Assembly: GCA_017448245.1 (NCBI GenBank)
Contig: JAFSLV010000028.1
Span: 32,441 to 96,440 of the forward strand
From: Lachnospiraceae bacterium
Lineage (GTDB): Bacteria > Bacillota > Clostridia > Lachnospirales > Lachnospiraceae
DNA: 64,000 nucleotides
Direction of reading: 5' to 3'
Positions 29,349 through 39,637 of the stretch are shown here, piece after piece. The stretch's first letter is position 1. Each line of letters opens with the position of its first letter. The notes under the pieces were generated by a model. That model saw only the letters and a list, made by a program, of their open reading frames with translations, was not told the DNA's origin and did no database searches. The translations under genes were made by a program, and so were the position numbers.

Positions 29349-30481
29349 GCAGCACCGGTGCACATCTGCATATCGATGTACTCCTGGTCAGCGGCGGTCA
29401 CGGCGGCTTTGAAAACATCGTCAACCAGACCTCCTCTTACCTTGTGTCACACGGCTTCTCTGTCCGCTACATCCAGCTCGTCTCCTCCGGCATCGACTGG
29501 GCGACAGACGATGCGGCATATGTCTGTCTCGACATGGATAAAGAGCACTTTGATTTTGACGAAGCCAGAAAACAATATGCATCATTGCTGTCAGAAGATA
29601 CGCAAAAACCTTCACTGATCCTCGCCACCGGCTGGCCCTATGTAATCTATGTCGCCAAGGGTGCCGCTTCCGATGCGGGACTGCCTGTTCCCGTCTGCGC
29701 CTGGCCGCACGACGATCTGGATTATTATGCCGAGGGCGGCAGCGGCGATATCTCGATGTTTCAATTTGCGGACATGAGTCTTGCGATTAATCAAAAGATT
29801 GCGGAAGATGTCTTCCGGGCCTTTCCGGAAAAGGTAGTCTATCGCATCAATAACTGTTTTAATCCGGCAATGATCCGTTACAGCGAAAACCGCGACACTT
29901 TAAAGATCGCCTGTGTGGGTCGTCTTTCCGAAAAGAAGGTCATCCCGATCATTCTGTATGCATTGGAAAAGACAAAGCTGCCATGGGAATTGATACTTGC
30001 AGGCGACGGTGAAGATGAGGAAGCGCTTCGCGCACTGACACATGAACTGCATCTGCAAAAACGGGTGCACTTTCTCGGATGGCAATCGGATCCGTGGGCA
30101 GCCGTGACAGACTGCCGCGCACATGTGGTATCAAGCATCTATGAGGGTGCACCTCTGTCCCTGATTGAAGCGCTGGCAGGCGGTATGCAGGTGATCTCTA
30201 CGCCGGTCGGCATTGCAGAGGAAGCCATCGGTGATTCCGGTTGCGGCTATCTCGTGCCCTTTGGCAAACCGGATGCGCTCACCGCGGTGCTTGACAGGCT
30301 CTCAACAGAACGTTTTACACCTGAGATGGCAAGACGCTGCAAAGAACAGGCCGCTCCCTATCATCCGGAAGCGACCCTGTATGACTTTCTGTGTAAGATA
30401 GAGGCTTGTGCAGGACTCACACTCTTGCCGCAGCACTTCCTGCCGGGAAAGACGGATCTCTATGTCCGCAGGACACCCTGA
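29345..30481 (+). CDS. GT4 family glycosyltransferase
   Basis: VGRLSEKK, AGDGED, FLGWQ, SSIYEGAPLSLIEALAGG. Confidence 0.92.
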   Translation: MSSTGAHLHIDVLLVSGGHGGFENIVNQTSSYLVSHGFSVRYIQLVSSGIDWATDDAAYVCLDMDKEHFDFDEARKQYASLLSEDTQKPSLILATGWPYVIYVAKGAASDAGLPVPVCAWPHDDLDYYAEGGSGDISMFQFADMSLAINQKIAEDVFRAFPEKVVYRINNCFNPAMIRYSENRDTLKIACVGRLSEKKVIPIILYALEKTKLPWELILAGDGEDEEALRALTHELHLQKRVHFLGWQSDPWAAVTDCRAHVVSSIYEGAPLSLIEALAGGMQVISTPVGIAEEAIGDSGCGYLVPFGKPDALTAVLDRLSTERFTPEMARRCKEQAAPYHPEATLYDFLCKIEACAGLTLLPQHFLPGKTDLYVRRTP

Positions 30482-31974
30482 TCCGCACCGTAATCGGTGA
30501 TCAGACGCGCCTCCTTGATCCTCAGATCCTGCCGCATGAGCCACACCGTCAGCATCCGCTCCGCCATATAACCGGCGACACGTCGGTTCATATCCGTCCT
30601 CTCATCATAATCCAGCTCCTTTGCCGCATCGGTCAGAAAGCTGAAGAGCCAGCCGCAGTAACGGTCAAAGATCTCTTTCCTCGTAATGAATACATTGCAG
30701 ATGTAGAAGCCGTGACCGTCCATCACGCGCCGGAAGCTCTCCAGATCATCGGGCTGCCTCTCTGCAATGAGACGCTCATATACCTCATACGCGCGATGTG
30801 CGATCCGGACATCCAGGATCTCCGCGATCTGCACACGCACCGGAAAGCTCACATATCTCTCCTGCGGGACGAGGATATCATAGCGTTGCAGAAAATGCAG
30901 GATCTCCTCCCGCTCCATCGGTACCTGCACCTTGCTCCATTCACTTGCAAGATATCTGCCGTAATGGGCGAGTCCCTTCACCTCCGATGTATCATGCCGC
31001 CAGATCCGGTACAGGCCGGTACATTCGTTGATGCGCGGATTCAACGCGTCGATCTCCGGTTCCGGAGCACCGAGCGTAAAACCGTACGGATTGCTCTCCG
31101 GAGCAGACAGCCAGAGCGGCAGATATGTATCGCTCCGATAAAACGCGCACTCCTTATGCATCGCCACGTAGATTGCGGTCTTTGTATCCGGCGTCTTCTT
31201 TTCGATACGCACGAGCGTATCGCCGTCGCCGACCCACTCCCTGAGCGTAATCTGTTTTATTCCTTTGAGCAACTGCCAGGCACGGTGGTCCTGCGTATCC
31301 GGAAAAGGGATCCGCAGATAGATGCTCTGAAAGACATCGAGCAGCATCACCGCAAGCTCCATGGCACTGTTCATCGGAAGATAGCGGTAGACCGCGCCGA
31401 GATAGGCGCACTGCGACCGTTTCTGCGCGGGAACCGCTTCCAGATCTTCATAGACCTCTTCATACAGATTGCGGGATATGGCGGACGGTTCTCCTCCCGC
31501 TCCCTCGAGCAGACAGCCTGCGATGCGCACGCAGGCGCGCTCGCACACGGGCACTCCGCCGGATACCAGGACATGCTCATCTGCCAGATGACAACCGAGA
31601 TCAACCAGCGTGTCATACCCTCTCTCCGCCGCGTCCGCAAGCATCGCCTGCAGGAGCTGTCCCGTGGCATGCATCTCAAAGAATGCGCCGCCGTAGACGA
31701 TTTTTCCTTCCGGCACGCCGGCTTCCCGAAGCGCCTTTTTTTTCTCTTCAAAGTCTGATGCCTGCAGGATCACGGCCTTGTCAAAGGAGAGATTTACCGC
31801 CTCCTGCAGGGAGACCACGGGCACCTCTCCGATCCTGGGGCCATCCGGATCGCCTCCTTTTCCTGCGACGGCTTCCCCTTCTTCCGCGATAAACGCGACG
31901 ACGTCACCGGTCTGCCGGTAAAAAGCGAGCAGGGATTCATTCTTATATCGGTCAAAGACAATCACTTTCTCCAT
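30460..31974 (-). CDS. DUF4422-type glycosyltransferase-like protein with N-terminal extension
   Basis: IYVAMHKE, NPRINECTGLYRIW, GLAHYGRY, NVFITRKEIFDRYCGWLF, GYMAERML. Confidence 0.82.
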   Translation of the reverse strand: MEKVIVFDRYKNESLLAFYRQTGDVVAFIAEEGEAVAGKGGDPDGPRIGEVPVVSLQEAVNLSFDKAVILQASDFEEKKKALREAGVPEGKIVYGGAFFEMHATGQLLQAMLADAAERGYDTLVDLGCHLADEHVLVSGGVPVCERACVRIAGCLLEGAGGEPSAISRNLYEEVYEDLEAVPAQKRSQCAYLGAVYRYLPMNSAMELAVMLLDVFQSIYLRIPFPDTQDHRAWQLLKGIKQITLREWVGDGDTLVRIEKKTPDTKTAIYVAMHKECAFYRSDTYLPLWLSAPESNPYGFTLGAPEPEIDALNPRINECTGLYRIWRHDTSEVKGLAHYGRYLASEWSKVQVPMEREEILHFLQRYDILVPQERYVSFPVRVQIAEILDVRIAHRAYEVYERLIAERQPDDLESFRRVMDGHGFYICNVFITRKEIFDRYCGWLFSFLTDAAKELDYDERTDMNRRVAGYMAERMLTVWLMRQDLRIKEARLITDYGADQGVLRT

Positions 31975-32029
31975 AGAAACAGTGTAACAAAAGATATCGG
32001 TTTCAACAAGATTGTGCTATGATGATTCT
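31975..32029. promoter_or_regulatory. Back-to-back extended -10 promoters, each 6 nt before an ATG (divergent leaderless genes)
   Basis: Minus strand tgtTACACTgtttctATG(31974); plus strand tgcTATGATgattctATG(32030). Confidence 0.62.
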
Positions 32030-32878
32030 ATGGATGCGGATAACGAAACGCTCAAAAAAATATGGACCGTGGAACTGGATCTCCTGGAACAGTTTGACCG
32101 GTTCTGCAAGACCTTTGATCTGACCTATTATGCGGATTACGGAACGCTGCTGGGGGCAGTCCGTCACCGGGGTTTCATCCCCTGGGATGACGATATCGAC
32201 GTTTCCATGATGCGCCCCGATTATGACCGGCTTCTTTCGCTTGCGGAGTCTTATTTCAAACCACCGTACTTTTTCCAGCATTGTTACAATACCCCGGGTT
32301 CATTATGGGGATTAAGCAAGCTGATCAATGACGACACGACCTGCATCGAAACAAGAGAACTCCCGCCGGGCTATCATCACGGGATCTTTCTGGATGTCTT
32401 TGTATTGGATTATGCCGCGGCAGACGATGCGCACCCCTCTGCGCTTGACCGGATGCTCGATGACACGTGGCTTGCGGTCAGCAATCCGGAGTATCTGCTG
32501 CATAAGATGAAGAACGGCTATCGTCCGGAGATCTCCGCCGATATGATCTCCGGGATCGTTGCCATGCCCCTTGCCTCCAAGCTGCAGCTCCTGGACGGGA
32601 TGCTGGCGCAGGCCTTTGATCAGGCAAAGAAGGTCAATCGTTTTTCCTTTGACAAAGCAACCAATTTTGATTTCCCGTCACGCGATATCCGTTATTTTGA
32701 AAAAACAGTGATGCTTCCTTACGAGAATACAAGCATCTCCGCGCCGTCTCATTATCACGAGATTCTGTCGGGTGACTACGGTGACTATATGACTCCCCGG
32801 CAGGTCGGTAATTACCACGCAGGCGCCTTTTTTGATCCGGACAGGCCCTGGCGTTCCTACATCGGCACCCGCATCTGA
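32030..32878 (+). CDS. licD: LicD-family phosphotransferase (short form)
   Basis: GTLLGAVRHRGFIPWDDDID, LDVFVLD, YGDYM. Confidence 0.92.
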   Translation: MDADNETLKKIWTVELDLLEQFDRFCKTFDLTYYADYGTLLGAVRHRGFIPWDDDIDVSMMRPDYDRLLSLAESYFKPPYFFQHCYNTPGSLWGLSKLINDDTTCIETRELPPGYHHGIFLDVFVLDYAAADDAHPSALDRMLDDTWLAVSNPEYLLHKMKNGYRPEISADMISGIVAMPLASKLQLLDGMLAQAFDQAKKVNRFSFDKATNFDFPSRDIRYFEKTVMLPYENTSISAPSHYHEILSGDYGDYMTPRQVGNYHAGAFFDPDRPWRSYIGTRI

Positions 32879-32882
32879 CGCG

Positions 32883-34061
32883 TCAATCAGCTGTCTGCTG
32901 CCCGATCGTCTCCATCATCGTGCGCAGTCTGCATGCCCACGTATCCTCCGAAAGCGCGCGCCGCCTGCCCTTTTCCGCGATTGCCTTTCCGCGTTCCGTA
33001 TCATTCAAAACCGCACGGATCTTTCCGGGCAGTGCGGACAGATCATGCAGATCGTAAAACACCAGCTCTTCCCCGTCCGTAAAACGCTCCGACAGATAGA
33101 GGCTCGTATCCGTCACACTGACCGCGCCCTGCAGCATGGCGCTGAAGATCCGGTCATGCGCCCCCTTCTTGAACCACGGCTGCACATTCAACGCGATCTT
33201 TGCCTGACCCGCCAGCGCGTTACACGCGGCCGGTGTCACCGCTTCATGATACGTCATGCTGCCGTGCGTGCCGTAACCGGGTTCTGTCCAGTCGGCTCCG
33301 TAGATATCCGTACGGATGCCGGCCTGCGTCAGCCGCTTCATGATCTCCAGCTTGAAGAGTCGCCGTACCGTATACTCCGCATAGATCGCGTATTCCATCA
33401 TCAGTGTATATCTGTCATCGCCCGTCAGTCGTATACCGTGCTGTGTCAGAAAGAGTTCAATGGCCTCCTCGGTGGTCAGCGATGGATTCTGTACGAGCGT
33501 ACCGATGACTGTCTCATAATACGATCGTCCCCCGTCATCAAAAAAAGGAATCGCGGGATACGCAAGCGGCTTCTGGCAGCTGCTCACCAGCAGCACATCC
33601 GTCGGACGCCCCTCCCACGGCATGATATCTCCTTCATCCACGGCGATGTTTCCTCCGTGAGGAAGAAAATGCACCTGCGCAGCCTCCGGAAAAAATTCCT
33701 CACAAAACGGAATGTGGTTCTCATCGACCACAAAAAAATGCAGATCCTTCAGCGGCATGCGCAACACCGCGTCATAATTTCTCGGATGATCCATCAGGAT
33801 GTCGCAGACGGGGATATGATGTGCCTCCCAGAAACTGGCGCCGCCGACCGTCAGATTCAGTCCGATATTGTTAAAGAGTACCGCCGCGCAGTCACCGTCC
33901 GCCACAAAGGCTTGCAGCCGCCGCAGCTGCACCTCACCCTTTTCATGCACATCCAGCAGGAGAAACGGGATCCGCATGTCCGTAGCCGCACGACAGATCT
34001 GCTCCGTAAAATCATCCAGTGTGGGGACGATCCCGTGATAAAGAATCAGCTTCCGCTCCAT
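32883..34061 (-). CDS. CgeB-type glycosyltransferase
   Basis: DILMDHP, FLPHGGN, KIALNVQPWFKKGAHDRIFSAMLQGA; start after GAGGTG. Confidence 0.85.
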   Translation of the reverse strand: MERKLILYHGIVPTLDDFTEQICRAATDMRIPFLLLDVHEKGEVQLRRLQAFVADGDCAAVLFNNIGLNLTVGGASFWEAHHIPVCDILMDHPRNYDAVLRMPLKDLHFFVVDENHIPFCEEFFPEAAQVHFLPHGGNIAVDEGDIMPWEGRPTDVLLVSSCQKPLAYPAIPFFDDGGRSYYETVIGTLVQNPSLTTEEAIELFLTQHGIRLTGDDRYTLMMEYAIYAEYTVRRLFKLEIMKRLTQAGIRTDIYGADWTEPGYGTHGSMTYHEAVTPAACNALAGQAKIALNVQPWFKKGAHDRIFSAMLQGAVSVTDTSLYLSERFTDGEELVFYDLHDLSALPGKIRAVLNDTERGKAIAEKGRRRALSEDTWACRLRTMMETIGQQTAD

Positions 34062-34074
34062 GGATACGTGCACC

Positions 34075-37000
34075 TCACGAATTGACCATCTGCGCAAACC
34101 GGATGGTGAGATCATAGTAGACCTTCCGGTGAAAATGATTGGTACATCCGGCAAAGCAATCCTGACCCGTGATAAAGTCCGTGACAGGGATCATGCCGAT
34201 ATCTGTGCGACCACCGAACCTTTTTCGCAGCTGCGCGTTGACCGCCCTGTATTTTGCCGCATGATCCGCAAATTCCTCCGTGTTCGGCTCCGCCTCGATC
34301 TCGCTCCCCAAAAGGAGGATCAGCCTCGTGCTCTCAGGAAGCGTGTCGCGCAGCCATTGCACGAGATCTGCGGTTTCCTCCGCGCCAAGACTTCCCTCAA
34401 AGGTATAGGACTCGCGGAAAGCCTCCAGTACCTCTTTGGTAAACGCAAAATTGTGATTGGCATATGCTCCGCTGATGAACGCGTCCCACTGCTTCTCATC
34501 CGTCAGATCAAAATTGCATCCGGAAAAGCAGACGCGAAAGCCCGTCTCCTTATGACGATAGACGCCCGCATGGGTCTCGGACAGCATGCTGAAGAACACG
34601 ATCCGGTGGCGCGGATCAAACATATCCGTAACAAAATCGTCCATGGAGAGGAAGGGTGCCGTCTGCAGGTTGGCAAGAATCTCTCCTTCGGTATAGTCCC
34701 GCGCTTCCCTGAGATGCAGCAGATTGTTAAAGCCCGCGACGATCACGCCCCTCTCATCCACATAATTGGTCTCGAGATACAGAGGGGTCGACGTGCCCTG
34801 CTTGAGATAATCGACGATCTGGTCCATATCGCAGGGGCCTTTGATAAAGATATCCTGTGTCTGTTGCGCCTGTTTTGTCTGTGGTAACGGTGAGGTCTTC
34901 TGTGTCTGTGATGCCGGCTGCGTCTGTTGAGGAACCGCCGCCTTTTCCTCCCGGATCCATGTGACCTTTTCTTCTTTGACGAGCGGGGATGCGATCTCTC
35001 CCGTCACCTCCAGTGCGGGATATCCGAGCGTCTGGTAGACATACTGCTCGACCCCCATGCCGAGTGCCCGGCAGGAAAAAAGAAAGTGAATCAGACGGTC
35101 CTGTAACAGATCGAGCGCATAGAAGCCGACGATCCCGTAATCGCCGTAGCGGTCTCTTGCATGGATAACCGCCGCAGTGATCTCGTCGGACGCGATCAAT
35201 GCCTGCAGTTCCTCTTTGGATGCACGGATCTTGGTATAGTTGAGCTGATTGGTGCGTGCAACCAGCTCCGCAATGCGGTCGAGATGCGCCATGCACTGGT
35301 GGTCCACACTGATACGGATATCGGAATCCGCAAGGAACTGCTCATTGGATGTGGCATGTCCGCGGTCTTCTCTTTTGCGCTCCAGCACCCGGTACTGTTC
35401 GAGCCTCTTGTGGGACGGGTCCTTTGCTTCTCCCTGAGACAACTCCTGTAAAAGCTGTCCGATGATGTCGGGGCCCGCCGTCTGCATTTCCGGCAGATAG
35501 TAGGCAGCTTCTCTGAGATTGAACGCGCTGTCATCCAGAAACAGGACGTTTGCGGGACGCAGCTGCATATCTTCGATCAGCTGCTTCAGGCGCGGCGCCT
35601 TTGCCGTCCAGTCGATCGAGGGAAAGACAAAGTACTGCCGGAGATCGCCTTCGGCGCTGTTCTTCAACGCTTCTTCTATGACCGCATAATCATTCTTTGA
35701 ACAGATCGCATTCATGATCCCCATGTCGACCGCGCGCCGCACAAGCGCCACGGCTTCGGGACGCAGCGTCACGCTTCCCTCGCTGATGATGCCTTCCCAG
35801 AAGGTATCGTCCATATCCCAGACGATGAGCTTGATATCATCCGCCGACAGGGGCATTTTTTCCTGTTTATCTTCATCCTCCTGTCCGTCCTTGTCTTCTG
35901 GAAGCAACGGTTCCACCGTCCCCTCGCCCCACTTGCTGCAGATATACTGATAATTTCTCGCAAAGATCGCCTCCAGATCTTCCCTGGACATAAAGCTCTG
36001 CGAGCCTGCATGATAGATAAAGCTGTTCTTACACAGCAACAGCTTATATCCCTCCCTGCGGATGCGGATGCACAGATCCGTATCCTCAAAGTATCCCGGG
36101 GAAAACCGTTCGTCAAACAGTCCCGTTTTGTCCAGCACCTCTCTTTTGATCAGCATGCAGAAGCCGCTGAGCTTGTCGCGCTTCTCGAAGGCCGCCGAGA
36201 CATCTCCTTCCGGCGGCGCATTGTGTTTTGCACCGTAAAAAACATATTCGCCTGGAAACGCAAATTCCACATCGATGCGCTGGGACGGATCGGTATAATT
36301 GGAGACGCTGCCCGCGGCGCCCGTGTCCTCTGACGAATAGAGTGCCATGCGCAGCCAGAAGAGCGCATTGGGAGCCATGCGCGTATCGTTGTTGAGTAAC
36401 AGGATATCATACTCTTCCGATACCGTCCGGATCGCCTCGTTGCAGCCGGCGGGAAATCCCATATTTTCGTCACTCAGGAGCAGTGAAATATCCTCCTGCT
36501 CTTTCAGCCACTCCGCCACGCCGTCGGTCGAGGCGTTATCGAGCACGACGACACCGCAGGAAGCGGGGTTGCAATGCGTACGGATGCTTTCGAGGCACTG
36601 CTGCATCAGATAGGTATTGTTGTACGACAGGATTACGATGCCCACAGGCTTGACGCTTACATTTCCCGTTCCTTTCAGTTCCTCTGCTTTCCTTTGCAGC
36701 CGTTCCTTTTCTTCTCTGCCGGCTTCACACAGGAATGCCGCATTTTCGTAGCACAGGAAGGCCTGGTCGGGATTGCGCTCCCTCAGGCTGTCACCGAGCC
36801 GTTCATAGGTCTGATATTCGTCCTTATCGAGATATCTGGTTTTTTCATTATATCTGTCGTCCGGTGCAAATCCTTCTTTGGTGACATTCACCTGGCTTTG
36901 CGCGGACTGTTCCCCCCATACTTCGATGTAACCGTCTTCAAATTCCTGCTGTGCGGCTTCAAGCATCTGGCGGGGTGTGAGCTTTTCCTGGTATTTGGGA

Positions 37001-37857
37001 TTGTCAAAGAGATTGCGGTGATCCTCGCGGACACTCATGCCCTTTTCAAAAGAAATCGCGTCAAAGTCTTTCGCAAGCCACGCAAAGTCTCTCTCGCTGA
37101 TCGTGAGCGGATCGAAGAATTCCCCCCCGAGGCGGAAGCTGTGCCAGTCGCGCAGCATGTAGGCACTGCTCCTTTTGAGTGCCACGTACGTACCGTAGGT
37201 CTCAAACTCACTGAAAGCCGAGTCCTGGATCTCCTGCGCGTCGATTGCGTGGATGATCTTTTCCCAGAAACGGGTGCCCTCGATCGCGTCGTTTGCTTCG
37301 ATGTCTTTCATCAACTGCAGGCAGATCTCCCGGTTGATCAGCATGTGTTCGGAGATAAAGGAACGTCCGATGACCTTGGTCATCCCGGGAAGGATCCTTT
37401 CAAGCGTCCGGAAATAGGCCTCGTGATGCTCGTGCTTTAAATCAAAATAGGGCTTGCCGCTGCCTTCCTGAAACATCGACAAAGGACGACAGGGAATCGT
37501 ATCTCCGTCCCAGACCAGATAGTATTCGTCCTTACATTGTCTGGCATATTCCCATTTCAGAAATTGCTGATAGTACCATCCGGTGATGCCTCTGGGCAGT
37601 TCCCTTCCCTGCAGGACCGGCTCCATCTGCCGTTTCATGCAGGCGTGTACGTCCGCAAACGGCAGGATCGTATCCTCGTCGATCGCGGTGATTCTGTTGT
37701 CTTCGCTTTCTTCCGCAAGCCGCACCACCTCGGCATTGCCGATAAAGATCAGACGTCCGTGCGGGATATTATCCGCAATCCGGGTGTGCAGATGAGCAAG
37801 CCTCCGGAAATCGTCCGGCGTCTTCATGATCAATGTATCATAATGTTGTTTTTCCAT
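34075..37857 (-). CDS. 1260-aa fusion: GT-A-like (DUF6492-like) domain, TPR-like helix, GT2, FkbH/HAD-IIIC and C-terminal domain
   Basis: YLVWDGDTIP; VILSYN/LLLNNDT GT2; IKLIVWDMDDTFWEG, FLDDSAFN, RTNQLN, DRYGDYGIVG, FSCRALG FkbH motifs. Confidence 0.85.
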   Translation of the reverse strand: MEKQHYDTLIMKTPDDFRRLAHLHTRIADNIPHGRLIFIGNAEVVRLAEESEDNRITAIDEDTILPFADVHACMKRQMEPVLQGRELPRGITGWYYQQFLKWEYARQCKDEYYLVWDGDTIPCRPLSMFQEGSGKPYFDLKHEHHEAYFRTLERILPGMTKVIGRSFISEHMLINREICLQLMKDIEANDAIEGTRFWEKIIHAIDAQEIQDSAFSEFETYGTYVALKRSSAYMLRDWHSFRLGGEFFDPLTISERDFAWLAKDFDAISFEKGMSVREDHRNLFDNPKYQEKLTPRQMLEAAQQEFEDGYIEVWGEQSAQSQVNVTKEGFAPDDRYNEKTRYLDKDEYQTYERLGDSLRERNPDQAFLCYENAAFLCEAGREEKERLQRKAEELKGTGNVSVKPVGIVILSYNNTYLMQQCLESIRTHCNPASCGVVVLDNASTDGVAEWLKEQEDISLLLSDENMGFPAGCNEAIRTVSEEYDILLLNNDTRMAPNALFWLRMALYSSEDTGAAGSVSNYTDPSQRIDVEFAFPGEYVFYGAKHNAPPEGDVSAAFEKRDKLSGFCMLIKREVLDKTGLFDERFSPGYFEDTDLCIRIRREGYKLLLCKNSFIYHAGSQSFMSREDLEAIFARNYQYICSKWGEGTVEPLLPEDKDGQEDEDKQEKMPLSADDIKLIVWDMDDTFWEGIISEGSVTLRPEAVALVRRAVDMGIMNAICSKNDYAVIEEALKNSAEGDLRQYFVFPSIDWTAKAPRLKQLIEDMQLRPANVLFLDDSAFNLREAAYYLPEMQTAGPDIIGQLLQELSQGEAKDPSHKRLEQYRVLERKREDRGHATSNEQFLADSDIRISVDHQCMAHLDRIAELVARTNQLNYTKIRASKEELQALIASDEITAAVIHARDRYGDYGIVGFYALDLLQDRLIHFLFSCRALGMGVEQYVYQTLGYPALEVTGEIASPLVKEEKVTWIREEKAAVPQQTQPASQTQKTSPLPQTKQAQQTQDIFIKGPCDMDQIVDYLKQGTSTPLYLETNYVDERGVIVAGFNNLLHLREARDYTEGEILANLQTAPFLSMDDFVTDMFDPRHRIVFFSMLSETHAGVYRHKETGFRVCFSGCNFDLTDEKQWDAFISGAYANHNFAFTKEVLEAFRESYTFEGSLGAEETADLVQWLRDTLPESTRLILLLGSEIEAEPNTEEFADHAAKYRAVNAQLRKRFGGRTDIGMIPVTDFITGQDCFAGCTNHFHRKVYYDLTIRFAQMVNS

Positions 37858-37878
37858 GAAATACAGCCTCCAAAAAGG

Positions 37879-37926
37879 TTGTTTTTACATTATTTTTATT
37901 CTACAATAAAAGAGATGGACGGTCAA
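37879..37926. promoter_or_regulatory. Overlapping divergent sigma-70 promoters
   Basis: Minus strand TTGACC-N17-TAGAAT (37926-37898); plus strand TTGTTT-N17-TACAAT (37879-37907). Confidence 0.6.
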
Positions 37927-37945
37927 AATCCGCCGGGAGTTGAGG

Positions 37946-39019
37946 ATGGATCTTTCTCTTTCACAGAAACTGCATAAAGACCGCGACAGCATCCTGCGGT
38001 TTTGTTCGCGTCACGGCCGTATCCGTCTGTTCGGTTCGGGGGATCCGGCGATTCTTATGTTCCGTTATCTCACAGACGAGCAGATTGATGTCGCGGACTT
38101 TATCATGACCGACGAGGACGCGGCACAGACCGGCAGCGTCTGGTTTGACCGTCCGGTCGTACCCTTGTCCGAAGTGCGCTTTCGTCCGGAAGACGGCATC
38201 GTCATCACTTCGGAAGCCTGGATGCAGGGCTTTGTCGTACAAAAGCTCCGCGCGATGGGTGTCCTTCCCGCACAGATATACCAGCAGGGGATCTACGGAC
38301 AGTATACCGAGATGGAATCGGATCTCAGCAGTGTCCGGACAGGCTACACGGGAAACGACGCACCGGAAGGATACTTTGCGGGATATACCGCGCTCGATGC
38401 GATCGGCACACAGACCGGCACCGACAAAGCGCACGGGACGCATAACTATCTCAACAAATACGAGCATTTCCTGATGCCGTGGAAGGACAGGTCTTTTACG
38501 CTTCTCGAACTCGGGATCTTTGACGGCGCCTCGCTCCGGATGTGGGAGCAGTTCTTTCCACAGGCGCATATCGTCGGCGTCGACTTTGACGAGCGCTGTG
38601 CGCAGATGGGCGGCGGCCGAAAGGAGGTCGTGATCGCCGATCTCTCTCTTCTTTCGACGCTGGAATCTCTCAAAAAGTATAAGCCGGAGATCATCATCGA
38701 CGATGCCTCCCATATCTGGAGCCATCAGATCAAATCGCTCGTCACGCTCTTTCCGGTGCTTCCGCACGGCGGTGTCTTTATCCTGGAAGATCTGGAAACG
38801 AGCTTTTCGGCTTATCGTTTTCAGAATTATAACGACGCGCCGGTCAGTGCCTATGATTTTTGCCGCCTCATCGCCACCGTCGTGACCGGAGGAGAGTTCC
38901 TCGATACACGTACCTTGCGGCCGGAAGCCGCTCTCCTAGCACCGGAGATCGAATCAGTGGCGTCCGGAACAGAGCTGGTCAGCTTCATCAAGGGCAGCTG
39001 CATCCTCATCAAAAAATAA
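37946..39019 (+). CDS. Class I SAM-dependent methyltransferase, MycE/TylE-like sugar O-methyltransferase
   Basis: GTDK..GTHNYL..Y, LLELGIFDGASL, IIIDDASH, FILEDL. Confidence 0.85.
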   Translation: MDLSLSQKLHKDRDSILRFCSRHGRIRLFGSGDPAILMFRYLTDEQIDVADFIMTDEDAAQTGSVWFDRPVVPLSEVRFRPEDGIVITSEAWMQGFVVQKLRAMGVLPAQIYQQGIYGQYTEMESDLSSVRTGYTGNDAPEGYFAGYTALDAIGTQTGTDKAHGTHNYLNKYEHFLMPWKDRSFTLLELGIFDGASLRMWEQFFPQAHIVGVDFDERCAQMGGGRKEVVIADLSLLSTLESLKKYKPEIIIDDASHIWSHQIKSLVTLFPVLPHGGVFILEDLETSFSAYRFQNYNDAPVSAYDFCRLIATVVTGGEFLDTRTLRPEAALLAPEIESVASGTELVSFIKGSCILIKK

Positions 39020-39022
39020 TCG

Positions 39023-39637
39023 ATGCTGAAGGGAAAAACACCGGAAGAATATATCGCACTGCTTGAAGAGATGGAACGCAATGAATCCCGCGACCTTGCG
39101 TTCATCGATATGGTGCGACAAAAAACAGACGAAGCCCTGTCTTCCTCCGGCACGGAGGCCTTACTTGCCATGGAATCTCTCTTTTCAGAGGAACCCGCGC
39201 GCACGATTCTCGCCCGCTCAGCGGAGCTGCTCAAGCTCCGCTATCTGATCACCGCCGTCCGCAATGAACAGGCTCTGGGGCTTCCGTTGCTGATCCGGGA
39301 TATCGATTCCTGTGACGCATTACTGACACGATACGACGAGATCAATCTGATGCTGCGCCGGATCGAGCTGGATCTTGCGCCGCTCGATGAAGAAGCGCTT
39401 ACATACCTGCGTGAACACCGGATATCACCCTATTGTGTCTCCGCCGTTCTCTACAACATGATCTCCTCGACAGGACACCGTGAGCATGTCCTCCTGCGCA
39501 TCGCGGAGGACGCAATGGATCACGGGGCGTTTCTCGACGCATATGGTTTTCTCAATGTCATCGAGCAGCCGTCGCCGGATACCGTCGCCTTAAAAAATGA
39601 ATTACAGGACGCACTGACGGGAGGAGGAAGCGCATGA
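39023..39637 (+). CDS. Hypothetical all-helical protein, paralog of 15825-16430
   Basis: Shared motifs; ATGA overlap with the downstream GT. Confidence 0.75.
   Translation: MLKGKTPEEYIALLEEMERNESRDLAFIDMVRQKTDEALSSSGTEALLAMESLFSEEPARTILARSAELLKLRYLITAVRNEQALGLPLLIRDIDSCDALLTRYDEINLMLRRIELDLAPLDEEALTYLREHRISPYCVSAVLYNMISSTGHREHVLLRIAEDAMDHGAFLDAYGFLNVIEQPSPDTVALKNELQDALTGGGSA

Noticed and set aside
34855-34945. Q/T/P-rich stretch as a tandem repeat
   Set aside because: Low-complexity interdomain linker with no exact repeat unit
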